A stretch of 64,000 bases of DNA from an uncultured virus (IMG/VR IMGVR_UViG_3300008625_000009) (taxonomy: Duplodnaviria; Heunggongvirae; Uroviricota; Caudoviricetes): IMG/VR virus record IMGVR_UViG_3300008625_000009; one strand, 5' to 3'. The position numbers and the translations under genes are program-made. Under the pieces are notes generated by a model. It made no database searches, was not told the origin of the DNA, and saw only the letters and a list, made by a program, of their open reading frames with translations. Below, piece by piece: positions 50,534 through 59,622 of the stretch; within the stretch, counting starts at the first letter, position 1, and each line of letters begins with the position of its first letter.

Positions 50534-51575
50534 AATTACAGATAAAAATTGTAAAAATATAGCAGACAGATTATGTGATTTTACAGAATTTTGTGTTCAG
50601 CAGAGATATCCTATACACTTGCAAAATGATACAGACCCTATTGTTAAAGCAGATGAAGATTATATTTTTGTTATAAAAGCAGGGCATGTGTTTTGGGATA
50701 GATCAATTTTTGACCAATGCATTGACGAATCAAACGAAGCAGTAATAGGAAATGAAAATTGGTTTTTAATTAATTGTAAACTACTCGAAACTGATAAAGA
50801 AGCGTATATACCAACAAAAACATTTTCTAATAAAATAGAAATATTAAAAGCATATTGCTACCCAGAAAACTACTACAGTGATATAAAAAGGTTAATGGAA
50901 AATTTAGATAATCCAATGCCTCAAGAAGTAGAACCATTCGCATTTGAATTACGTGAAGCTGTGAGAAATTTAACAGATGGATACTACATTATAAACACAG
51001 AAGAAGTTAATATATCACATAAGTTTGCATATAAGTTTGACAATTATATAGGCGTATGTGGTGGATTAAAAACTTATATTTTGTTAGGACAGGATTATTT
51101 TACAGACAACACAAATGTTTTAATGTTTGATATTAGTCCTGCCGCAATAAAGTGGCAACAATATCTAAAAAATAACTGGGATGGTGAAATAGAATCCTTT
51201 AAACTTTTAACAAATAAATTCGTAAAGGCAAATCCAAATTTAGTAGGAATTCAAGACGGCGATCGCACAATTGAAAAATATATTAGTGAAAACAATATTA
51301 CATCATTAGAACTAAAACAATACTGGAATAAGTTTTTAAAGTTAAATGTAGTATATAAACAATTAGATCTTTTTAATAATGAACACATTGAGGAACTTTT
51401 GGAACATACAAAAAACAAACATAATACATATTTTTGGCTTAGTAATTGTTTTCAAATGGAACGGTTAATATTTCAATACGGTTCACATATTAATTTACAA
51501 TCTGAGTTTATAAAGAGTTTTAGAAATCGTTCTAGTTCAACATGCGCCTTCGATATATCATCTGATTTATATTAA
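50508..51575 (+). CDS. Hypothetical protein with possible SAM-dependent methyltransferase-like C-terminal fold
   Basis: IGVCGG, LMFDIS, QLDL, FWLSN spaced like Rossmann MTase strands; overlaps the hydroxylase gene. Confidence 0.35.
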   Translation: MKVKLILLRITDKNCKNIADRLCDFTEFCVQQRYPIHLQNDTDPIVKADEDYIFVIKAGHVFWDRSIFDQCIDESNEAVIGNENWFLINCKLLETDKEAYIPTKTFSNKIEILKAYCYPENYYSDIKRLMENLDNPMPQEVEPFAFELREAVRNLTDGYYIINTEEVNISHKFAYKFDNYIGVCGGLKTYILLGQDYFTDNTNVLMFDISPAAIKWQQYLKNNWDGEIESFKLLTNKFVKANPNLVGIQDGDRTIEKYISENNITSLELKQYWNKFLKLNVVYKQLDLFNNEHIEELLEHTKNKHNTYFWLSNCFQMERLIFQYGSHINLQSEFIKSFRNRSSSTCAFDISSDLY

Positions 51576-51606
51576 AATAACTCTAGTCTTGCACGTAAAA
51601 TGAAAA

Positions 51607-51638
51607 TAATATGCTACTATAATAGTTATATGCTACTA
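51607..51638. promoter_or_regulatory. Two tandem partial copies of the TAATATGCTACTA motif
   Basis: TAATATGCTACTAT at 51607..51620 and ATATGCTACTA at 51628..51638. Confidence 0.55.
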
Positions 51639-51685
51639 AAATCGTTAATTTAAACGCCTTAGTTAGTATATATGTGCTAACACTA

Positions 51686-51873
51686 TTTCTCCATAAATCC
51701 ATTTAAATATAGGCATACTGTATATGCTCGAGCATATAGATGACCTTTATATCTCTCAATAACGTTAGATTTAAAGGATCTGTCTGCAATTGCAGACAGA
51801 ATCATTCCATAATATGTATATATGGTATATTAAGTCTTATATAAGACTTTTTTATAGGAATGGAGAAAAATAA
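51686..51873 (+). promoter_or_regulatory. Palindrome-rich leader of the long fibre gene, with upstream anti-RBS
   Basis: Perfect palindromes at 51721..51738, 51779..51800, 51832..51849; TTTCTCCAT (51686..51694) is complementary to ATGGAGAAA (51860..51868). Confidence 0.55.
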
Positions 51874-54800
51874 ATGGCTTTAACTAGAATAGATACAGAT
51901 CAGATTACGGATGGTGCCGTTAGTAATGCCAAAATCGCAGCTTCTGCCGCTATCGCTGGTAGTAAGTTAGAAGATGACATGACTTACGGATCAAACCTAA
52001 CTGTTTCTGGCAACCTTGTTGTTAATGGTACAACAACAACTGTTGACACTACAAATATGTCTATTGAAGATCCTCTATTAGTATTCAGTGCAAACGCTTC
52101 TGGCTCAGGCGCAGTTGACTCAGGTTTTGTTGTAGAACGTGGTGACGATACCAACGTAGGTTTAATTTGGGACGAATCCGCAGATAAATTTAACTTTATC
52201 ACAACAACAGAAACTGGTAGTACCGCAGGTAACATATCCGTTGCAGGTCAAGCAAACATTATTGCTGGCAATATTGAAGGTACTATTACAACAGCGGCTC
52301 AAAATACTATTTCATCTGCTACATCACTAGCATCTGTAGGTACAATTACCACAGGTGTTTGGTCAGCAACTGACGTTGCTGTGGCAGCTGGTGGTACAGG
52401 CGCATCAACAGCTTCTGACGCACGTACAAACCTAGGCCTAGCAATTGGCTCAGATGTACAAGCCTATGACGCACAATTAGCAGATGTCGCAGGTCTTGCT
52501 GTAACAGACGGTGGCATTATTGTTGGCGACGGTTCTAATTTCGTATTAGAAACGGGTGCAACAGCAAGAGCATCATTAGGTTTAACAATTGGTACACATG
52601 TACAGGCATATGACGCACAATTAGCAGATGTCGCAGGTCTTGCAGTAACAGATGGCGGCATTATCGTTGGTGATGGTTCTAACTTCACATTAGAAACAGG
52701 TGCAACAGCACGAACATCACTAGGCCTAGCAATTGGTACAGACGTACAGGCATACGATGTAGAACTAGCAGCTCTTGCTGGTTTAGCATCAGCGGCCGAC
52801 AAGGGTATCCAATTTACAGGCTCAGGTACAGCCGCTACTTACGACTTAACAGCCGCAGGTAAGGCGCTACTTGATGATGCTAACGCAGCCGCTCAATTAG
52901 TAACACTTGGCTTAACAGCAACCGCAGCTGAACTTAATACTTTAGATGATATCACATCAACAACCGCAGAGTTGAATATCGTAGACGGCGACACAGCCGC
53001 AACAGCAACAACACTTGAATTGTTTGATCGTGTAGTTGTTAACGATGACGGTACTATGGTACAAGTTGCCCTAACAGATTTCGAAACATATTTCGAAAGC
53101 GCACTAGATACATTAAATAATGTAACTTCCGCTTCATCACTAGCCACAGTTGGTACAATTGGTACAGGCGTATGGAACGGCACAGCAATTGCTGATGCAT
53201 ACGTTGACAATGACCTAACTATTAGTGGTGGAACAGTAAATGACTCAGTAATTGGTGGATCAACACCAGCAGCTGGTACGTTTACAACACTAACAGCCAA
53301 CGATCAGTTGGTAGTAGCCGCCGGTGCAACAATCACTGGTGATACAACAGACGAGATTACACTAGCAGTTAAAGGTGTAGGCTCACAAACAGCAAACCTA
53401 ATAACTGTTGAAATTTCCGACGGTACAGATAAATTTACTATCGCTTCCGACGGTTCAGTAGTAATTAGCGAAGACTTAACACTTGCTTCAGGTGCTACAG
53501 TGTCATCAATCTTAGATGAGGACGCAATGGGTAGTGACAGTGCAACAGCACTTGCTACACAACAATCAATTAAAGCATATGTTGATTCACAAGTTGGTTC
53601 AGCCACATTAACAGTTGCCGCTGATTCAGGTTCAGATGATAGTGTAACAGTTGGTACAGATACACTAACCTTTACTGGTGGTAATAACATTACTACAACA
53701 GTATCTGATAATGATATTAGTGTCGCATTAGACGCAACAGTATCAGGCCTAACAGCACTAAGTTCAGGTCAGTTGAATGCTGATAACATCCGTATTGATG
53801 GAAACGTTATTAGTTCAACAGACACAAATGGTAACATTACACTTACACCAGATGGTACAGGTGACGTTGTTATTTCCGGTGACTTAACAGTTAACGGTAC
53901 AACAACAACTGTAAACTCCACAGTTACAACACTAGATGATCCAATTATGACATTAGGTGGTGATACTGCTCCTGGTTCAGATGATGACAAGGACCGTGGT
54001 ATTGAGTTTAGATGGCACAATGGTTCAACCGCTAAAGTTGGTTTCTTCGGTTACGACGATTCCGTAAGCAAGTTTACATTTATCCCTGACGCAACAATCT
54101 CAGGCGAGGTTGCTTCTGGTACAGTAGGTAATGTAATCTTTGGTAACGTCGAAGGTACAATTACAACAGCCGCACAAAACAGTATTACATCTGCAACAAG
54201 TCTAGCATCCGTTGGTACAATTGGTACAGGTACATGGGAAGGCACAGACGTAGGTGTAGCACACGGTGGTACAGGTGCTTCAACAGCATCCGACGCACGT
54301 ACAAACCTAGGTGTTGCTATTGGTTCTGATGTACAGGCATATGATGCAGAACTAGCTGCTATTGCTGGTTTAACATCAGCCGCTGATAAAGGTATTCAGT
54401 TCACAGGTAGTGGTACAGCCGCAGTATATGACTTGACTTCCGCAGGTAAAGCGTTGTTGGATGACGCTGACGCCGCGGCTCAACGTACAACATTGGGTCT
54501 AGTAATTGGTACAGATGTACAAGCATATGACGCTGAATTGGCGGCCATTGCTGGTTTAACATCTGCAGCCGATAAAGGTATCCAATTTACTGGTTCAGGC
54601 ACTGCTTCAACATATGACCTAACATCAGCTGGTAAAGCATTGTTAGACGATGCTGATGCCGCCGCCCAACGTACAACCATGGGCGTAGCAATTGGTTCAG
54701 ATGTACAAGCATATGACGCAGGTCTTGCAGACATTGCTGGCTTGGCTGTAACAGACGGTAACATCATCGTAGGTGATGGCTCCAATTGGACAGCAGAAAC

Positions 54801-56832
54801 AGGCGCAACTGCTCGTGCTTCACTAGGCTTAACAATTGGTACACATGTACAGGCATATGACGCACAACTAGCAGATGTCGCAGGTCTTGCAGTAACAGAT
54901 GGCGGTATTATTGTTGGTGATGGTTCTAATTTCGTATTAGAAACAGGCTCAACTGCTCGTGCTTCACTAGGTTTAACAATTGGTACACATGTACAGGCAT
55001 ATGACGCAGAACTAGCCGCAATCGCAGGTCTAACTTCCGCAGCTGATAAAGGTATCCAGTTTACTGGTTCCGGCACAGCCGCAGTATATGACCTAACAGC
55101 AGCTGGTAAAGCATTGTTGGATGACGCCAATGCAGCCGCACAATTAGTAACATTAGGTGTAACACCTACAGCCGCTGAACTTACAGCGGCCGCTGATGGT
55201 GACACAGCTGCAACTTCTACAACATTAGCAGACGCAGACCGTGTAGTTGTCAATGACGGTGGCACAATGGTTCAAGTAGCACTAACAGATTTCGAGACAT
55301 ACTTCGAAACAGCACTTGACACATTGAACAACGTTACATCAGCAAGTTCACTAGCAACTGTTGGTACAATTACTTCAGGTACATGGGAAGGTACTACTGT
55401 AGCAGTAGACCAAGGTGGTACAGGCGCAACATCCTTAACCGCTAACAGCCTACTAACAGGTAATGGTACTTCAGCAGTACAAGCAGAAGCAAACATTACT
55501 TATGATGGCACAACATTTGGTGTTGACGATGCCGCTGTCTTTAACGAGAGTGGTGGTGACAACGACTTCCGTATTGAATCATCAGGCAATGCTAACATGT
55601 TCTATCTTGACGCTGGTAACGACGCAATTGGCTTGTTAACAGCAACACCTAACGCAGGTTCAGTACTTGATATGAGTTCTTCAACAGAATCAATGGTACT
55701 ACCTTCAGGTACAACTGCACAGCGTCCAGGCTCACCAGCCGCTGGTATGTTCCGTTATAATTCAACAAACAGTAATTTTGAATATTATAATGGTTCTTCA
55801 TGGAAAGGTGCTACAACTGAATTTACAGTCGTAAGAAGTGAAACCAAAACTGGTGACGGCACAACAACAGATTTTACAGGTCTAAACTCAGATCTTACAA
55901 CTGCTGGTTGTATTGTTACTGTTAATGGTGTTGTACAATTACCAACAACAGCTTATGGTATTAGCGGAACAACAATTACATTTACAGAAGCACCTGCTAA
56001 TGGTGATGCAATTGAAATTCGTGAAATCACTACAACAACATCTGTTAACGCATTAGAAGATGCTGACGGTGATACTAAGGTCCAAGTAGAAGAGTCTTCA
56101 GACGAAGATATCATCCGCTTTGACGTAGGTGGCACAGAGATCATGACTTTAACAAGTTCTGCTCTACTACCTAGTGTTGACTCTAATGGAACAACAGGGT
56201 TTGACCTAGGTGGCTCAAGCGACAAGTGGCGTGACCTTTATCTTTCGGGAGATTCAATATACTTTGGTGACTTAGTACTTAAAGATAGCGGTTCAAACAC
56301 TCTACAAGTTTTCCAGAGTGATGGGACAACACCAGCTGCTAATGAGATTAAAAGTATTACTAAGAGTGGTACAAACGGTGTAGGTGATGTCGGTCAGTCT
56401 GATAATAAGTTTGCAACAGTTTATGCAACAACCTTCAACGGTATTTCAACATCAGCACAATACGCTGACTTGGCAGAACGTTACACAAGTGACGTAATCT
56501 ACGAGCCAGGTACTGTTGTTTCCTTCGGCGGCGACGCAGAAGTAACAATGACATCTGATTCAATGGATTCACGTATTGCTGGTGTAGTAAGTACAAACCC
56601 AGGCTTCCTAATGAACGAAGGTTTGGAAGGCACAAACGTAGCAGTAGCACTAACAGGTCGTGTACCTGTTAAGGTAACAGGCACAATCCGTAAGGGTGAC
56701 ATGCTAGTTTCCGCAGGCGAAGGCTATGCTAAAGCTGAAGCAAACCCACGTTTAGGTTCAGTCATTGGTAAGGCACTAGAAGACTTCAACGGTACTTCAG
56801 GTATCATCGAAGTTGTTGTAGGCAGACTATAA
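51874..56832 (+). CDS. Long tail fibre protein (1652 aa) with internal repeats and C-terminal peptidase-G2-like chaperone domain
   Basis: ARTNLG..IG.DVQAYDA repeats; C-terminal SAQYADLAERY..GTVV..GG..EVT..VALTGRVPVKV.G.I.KGD. Confidence 0.75.
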   Translation: MALTRIDTDQITDGAVSNAKIAASAAIAGSKLEDDMTYGSNLTVSGNLVVNGTTTTVDTTNMSIEDPLLVFSANASGSGAVDSGFVVERGDDTNVGLIWDESADKFNFITTTETGSTAGNISVAGQANIIAGNIEGTITTAAQNTISSATSLASVGTITTGVWSATDVAVAAGGTGASTASDARTNLGLAIGSDVQAYDAQLADVAGLAVTDGGIIVGDGSNFVLETGATARASLGLTIGTHVQAYDAQLADVAGLAVTDGGIIVGDGSNFTLETGATARTSLGLAIGTDVQAYDVELAALAGLASAADKGIQFTGSGTAATYDLTAAGKALLDDANAAAQLVTLGLTATAAELNTLDDITSTTAELNIVDGDTAATATTLELFDRVVVNDDGTMVQVALTDFETYFESALDTLNNVTSASSLATVGTIGTGVWNGTAIADAYVDNDLTISGGTVNDSVIGGSTPAAGTFTTLTANDQLVVAAGATITGDTTDEITLAVKGVGSQTANLITVEISDGTDKFTIASDGSVVISEDLTLASGATVSSILDEDAMGSDSATALATQQSIKAYVDSQVGSATLTVAADSGSDDSVTVGTDTLTFTGGNNITTTVSDNDISVALDATVSGLTALSSGQLNADNIRIDGNVISSTDTNGNITLTPDGTGDVVISGDLTVNGTTTTVNSTVTTLDDPIMTLGGDTAPGSDDDKDRGIEFRWHNGSTAKVGFFGYDDSVSKFTFIPDATISGEVASGTVGNVIFGNVEGTITTAAQNSITSATSLASVGTIGTGTWEGTDVGVAHGGTGASTASDARTNLGVAIGSDVQAYDAELAAIAGLTSAADKGIQFTGSGTAAVYDLTSAGKALLDDADAAAQRTTLGLVIGTDVQAYDAELAAIAGLTSAADKGIQFTGSGTASTYDLTSAGKALLDDADAAAQRTTMGVAIGSDVQAYDAGLADIAGLAVTDGNIIVGDGSNWTAETGATARASLGLTIGTHVQAYDAQLADVAGLAVTDGGIIVGDGSNFVLETGSTARASLGLTIGTHVQAYDAELAAIAGLTSAADKGIQFTGSGTAAVYDLTAAGKALLDDANAAAQLVTLGVTPTAAELTAAADGDTAATSTTLADADRVVVNDGGTMVQVALTDFETYFETALDTLNNVTSASSLATVGTITSGTWEGTTVAVDQGGTGATSLTANSLLTGNGTSAVQAEANITYDGTTFGVDDAAVFNESGGDNDFRIESSGNANMFYLDAGNDAIGLLTATPNAGSVLDMSSSTESMVLPSGTTAQRPGSPAAGMFRYNSTNSNFEYYNGSSWKGATTEFTVVRSETKTGDGTTTDFTGLNSDLTTAGCIVTVNGVVQLPTTAYGISGTTITFTEAPANGDAIEIREITTTTSVNALEDADGDTKVQVEESSDEDIIRFDVGGTEIMTLTSSALLPSVDSNGTTGFDLGGSSDKWRDLYLSGDSIYFGDLVLKDSGSNTLQVFQSDGTTPAANEIKSITKSGTNGVGDVGQSDNKFATVYATTFNGISTSAQYADLAERYTSDVIYEPGTVVSFGGDAEVTMTSDSMDSRIAGVVSTNPGFLMNEGLEGTNVAVALTGRVPVKVTGTIRKGDMLVSAGEGYAKAEANPRLGSVIGKALEDFNGTSGIIEVVVGRL
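52432..55152 (+). repeat. Coding tandem repeats: 144-bp unit A and 186-bp unit B, arranged AAB and BBAAB
   Basis: A starts at 52432, 52576, 54679, 54823; B starts at 52720, 54307, 54493, 54967. Confidence 0.9.
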
Positions 56833-56872
56833 GTTACATTATTAGTTTTAACTTACATTTTTAAGTTGTATG

Positions 56873-56903
56873 GTAAGGGGGGCGAAAGTCCCCCTTACTT
56901 TTT
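56873..56903 (+). terminator. Rho-independent terminator after the fibre gene
   Basis: GTAAGGGGGGC-GAAA-GTCCCCCTTAC followed by TTTTT. Confidence 0.88.
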
Positions 56904-56936
56904 GTAAAATAAATAATATAATATAGGAGATTTAGC

Positions 56937-57683
56937 ATGTCGGTTGCTCGTTACATTGATGATTATGATGGTGAATATATTGTTTCTGGTGTTACAGTTA
57001 AAAATGGCAGAAAACACCAAGATAGATTTTGGATTCCTAATACAATTCCTAATAGTGATCACAATAGTGTTGCTTATGTTGTAGGCAATGGAAAATCAAG
57101 AACATCAATGTCAACATTTAAGTTAAGCTATCTTTCAACAGCGGGCGGTGGACATTTGGGTAAAAATAAAGGGCAATGCTATGGTTGTAATAAAATATAT
57201 CAAGATTGGTCTCCAGATTTTTTAGTAGCAACAAATTCTGATATCATTAATGACATAATTGATGAAGGCTATGCAGAAAACAATGTAGTGTTTGGCAGAG
57301 CATCCTGTTTGTTAAGACATCCTGAACATGTTTCTCTTATTCCACATGATCCTCGTATGAATTGTGGTGCAACCGCAGTATATCTTGCTTGTTTTCATGG
57401 CCACAAAAAAATATATATGTTAGGATTTGATAATCAATCTACGGATGCTACAATCAATAATAATGTATATGCTGGCACTCAGCATTATGGACCAACAGAT
57501 GAAAATCCTGGCGATGCGGTTTGGATTAATAATATGTCTAGAGTTTTTAATACGTATACAGACGTAGATTTTATTAGAGTAACTGTTGCGGGTATGGAAG
57601 AAGTAATGCCAGATGAATGGAAATGGCATCGAAATCTTAGACAAATACATTTAAAGCAATTTATTATCGAGGCTGATATCTAA
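56937..57683 (+). CDS. Maf/sialyltransferase-like (DUF115/MptE-like fold) glycosyltransferase
   Basis: AYVVGNGKSR, YGCN, PDFLV, G..AVYLA...GHKKIYMLGFD motifs. Confidence 0.55.
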   Translation: MSVARYIDDYDGEYIVSGVTVKNGRKHQDRFWIPNTIPNSDHNSVAYVVGNGKSRTSMSTFKLSYLSTAGGGHLGKNKGQCYGCNKIYQDWSPDFLVATNSDIINDIIDEGYAENNVVFGRASCLLRHPEHVSLIPHDPRMNCGATAVYLACFHGHKKIYMLGFDNQSTDATINNNVYAGTQHYGPTDENPGDAVWINNMSRVFNTYTDVDFIRVTVAGMEEVMPDEWKWHRNLRQIHLKQFIIEADI

Positions 57684-58102
57684 ATAGTTTCTACTATAAC
57701 TTTAATTTTGTCTTTAATAGAGTCTAATTTTAATGTAGAGAAAACACCCGGATGCAATGGTGCTGGCCATCCTTCCATAGTTACCCAAGCATACCCACAG
57801 TGTTCATTATTTAAATTCGGTATAAACTCGGTTTCAACAATTAGTATAAAAGTATGGTAGAAAAAGTGTCCGTCATCCGAAGTAAAAAATTCTATGGGAA
57901 TAATTTTTTCTATAGCAGGTACTATTCCTATTTCTTCAGTAAGTTCTCTTTGTAATCCATCAATGGTGCTCTCCCCTGCTTCTATTTTGCCACCTGGAAA
58001 TCCCCATTTGTGTTTATATTTTGTGTCGTTTCGTAATAGAAATAAAAATTGTTTTGTATCGCGACAATAGAAAATACCGCCGGCCCCGGTAACTTGCTTC
58101 AT
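57680..58102 (-). CDS. NUDIX hydrolase
   Basis: Nudix box GGKIEAGESTIDGLQRELTEEIG. Confidence 0.9.
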   Translation of the reverse strand: MKQVTGAGGIFYCRDTKQFLFLLRNDTKYKHKWGFPGGKIEAGESTIDGLQRELTEEIGIVPAIEKIIPIEFFTSDDGHFFYHTFILIVETEFIPNLNNEHCGYAWVTMEGWPAPLHPGVFSTLKLDSIKDKIKVIVETI

Positions 58103-58124
58103 AATAATAATTATTAGTTATATA

Positions 58125-59543
58125 TTATGGTAACAGTAAAATAGACCACAATCCTGCGGTGTATTCACCTTCGTATGATTTAATCCATTCACCTGTATTT
58201 GTAGGAATATCCTCGTCAATAGCACCTGTCCACTTATACTGAATGCCTGTTTTAGTATTTGTTACATAGTGTATGCCTTTATTAGCACTAGCATCAAAAC
58301 TTACAACCCAGTTTGTGCCATCATATTGAATAATATCAAACTTACTTGCTACTAAATCGGCTGCGCCCTTCCAACCATCAGCACCGTCCGTATTAGCAGA
58401 GTCACCAATATCTTCTAATATTAGATAACGCTGACCTGTAGTTGCGGCAGGTAAACCACCACCAGGAACATTTTTAAGAGGATTAATAATTGCATTAATA
58501 GCAGTTTGTGTATTTGTTGGAATAGTATCTGTGTCTACAGTAAATTTTAATATATAGTCATCATCTGAATCGTATTCTACAGTACCAACAATTTCTGAGA
58601 AATCATCAACTCCTCCGGTTGTGTTTTGAAAATTAGTTAATAATTTAACTTGGCTAATACCGTCTTTAAGATCACCAAATTGCGATATAACTTGTTTCCA
58701 TGGAATATCGTCACCGTATTTTATTGGAATATGATCAAACGTTACATCTTCTTTTGTGTCTCCGCTTATTGGTTCGCCAACACTTAATACTTTAAGTTCG
58801 CCGTTTAATAATAATACACCATAATTGAGTGGTGTAAAATATTGTCTGCTACCCATTAGTTTTGTTTCATCAAGTACACTATCTGCTAAGTTTCCGCTAC
58901 CATCAAATATACCCATAACAACCTTAGAAATAACACCAAGGCGTTTAATAATAGCCGGAGGATTAACCCATACAGGAATTTCAAATGTTAGTGTAGCAAT
59001 ATCAATTTGATCTTCAGTACCTACAGGAACAGTTCTATTACTAAAACTAATATCAGTAAGTTCAACATATGATATAGAAGTCCAGTCTACATAATTGTCT
59101 GTCGTTTGTATTTCTAGATTTGGATTAAACATGTAAAATAATTGCTCTGTAAGTTGCAGTTTTTGTTCCATGTTGCTTGTCCATATGTCAGCATTAACTG
59201 TTAATTTATATGGACTTGGCATACTACGTTCAATACTATAACTATCTCCAGGCCCAGCTGCATATTTGCCTGTGTCTTTGTTATAAAATCGTTCTTTAAT
59301 GTGAATTTTATCTACATGAGAAGGAGCCATTATTCTATCACGATCATACTGTATACCAGTGATATAACAAGAAACACGCGGAACAGTATTAAGTGCGTTT
59401 TCACTATTTTTGCGAATAATGCTTGCTACCTGTCTTGAGATATCACCGTATGTAACAGGAACTCTTATTAACGCAGAGTTACCATCTGAGTCTTTTCCGG
59501 TTTCAACATAAAAGTGAGATAAGAGACGAATGAATTGGGCCAT
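58125..59543 (-). CDS. gp15: Tail sheath stabiliser / tail terminator (start ambiguous, see findings)
   Basis: RVPVTYG, P.PY.L....IW..N..QKLQL.EQ....FNP motifs; next to gp14. Confidence 0.7.
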   Translation of the reverse strand: MAQFIRLLSHFYVETGKDSDGNSALIRVPVTYGDISRQVASIIRKNSENALNTVPRVSCYITGIQYDRDRIMAPSHVDKIHIKERFYNKDTGKYAAGPGDSYSIERSMPSPYKLTVNADIWTSNMEQKLQLTEQLFYMFNPNLEIQTTDNYVDWTSISYVELTDISFSNRTVPVGTEDQIDIATLTFEIPVWVNPPAIIKRLGVISKVVMGIFDGSGNLADSVLDETKLMGSRQYFTPLNYGVLLLNGELKVLSVGEPISGDTKEDVTFDHIPIKYGDDIPWKQVISQFGDLKDGISQVKLLTNFQNTTGGVDDFSEIVGTVEYDSDDDYILKFTVDTDTIPTNTQTAINAIINPLKNVPGGGLPAATTGQRYLILEDIGDSANTDGADGWKGAADLVASKFDIIQYDGTNWVVSFDASANKGIHYVTNTKTGIQYKWTGAIDEDIPTNTGEWIKSYEGEYTAGLWSILLLP

Positions 59544-59622
59544 GTATCGTCTTATTTGCCCATCGTAAAAAAATCCAACTACTTATCCTCCTTTTTAAAC
59601 CATACTCTTTTATAGATATGCA

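Noticed and set aside
52432..55152. CRISPR-like array
   Set aside because: The repeats are in-frame coding units of 144 and 186 bp with synonymous variation and no unique spacers.
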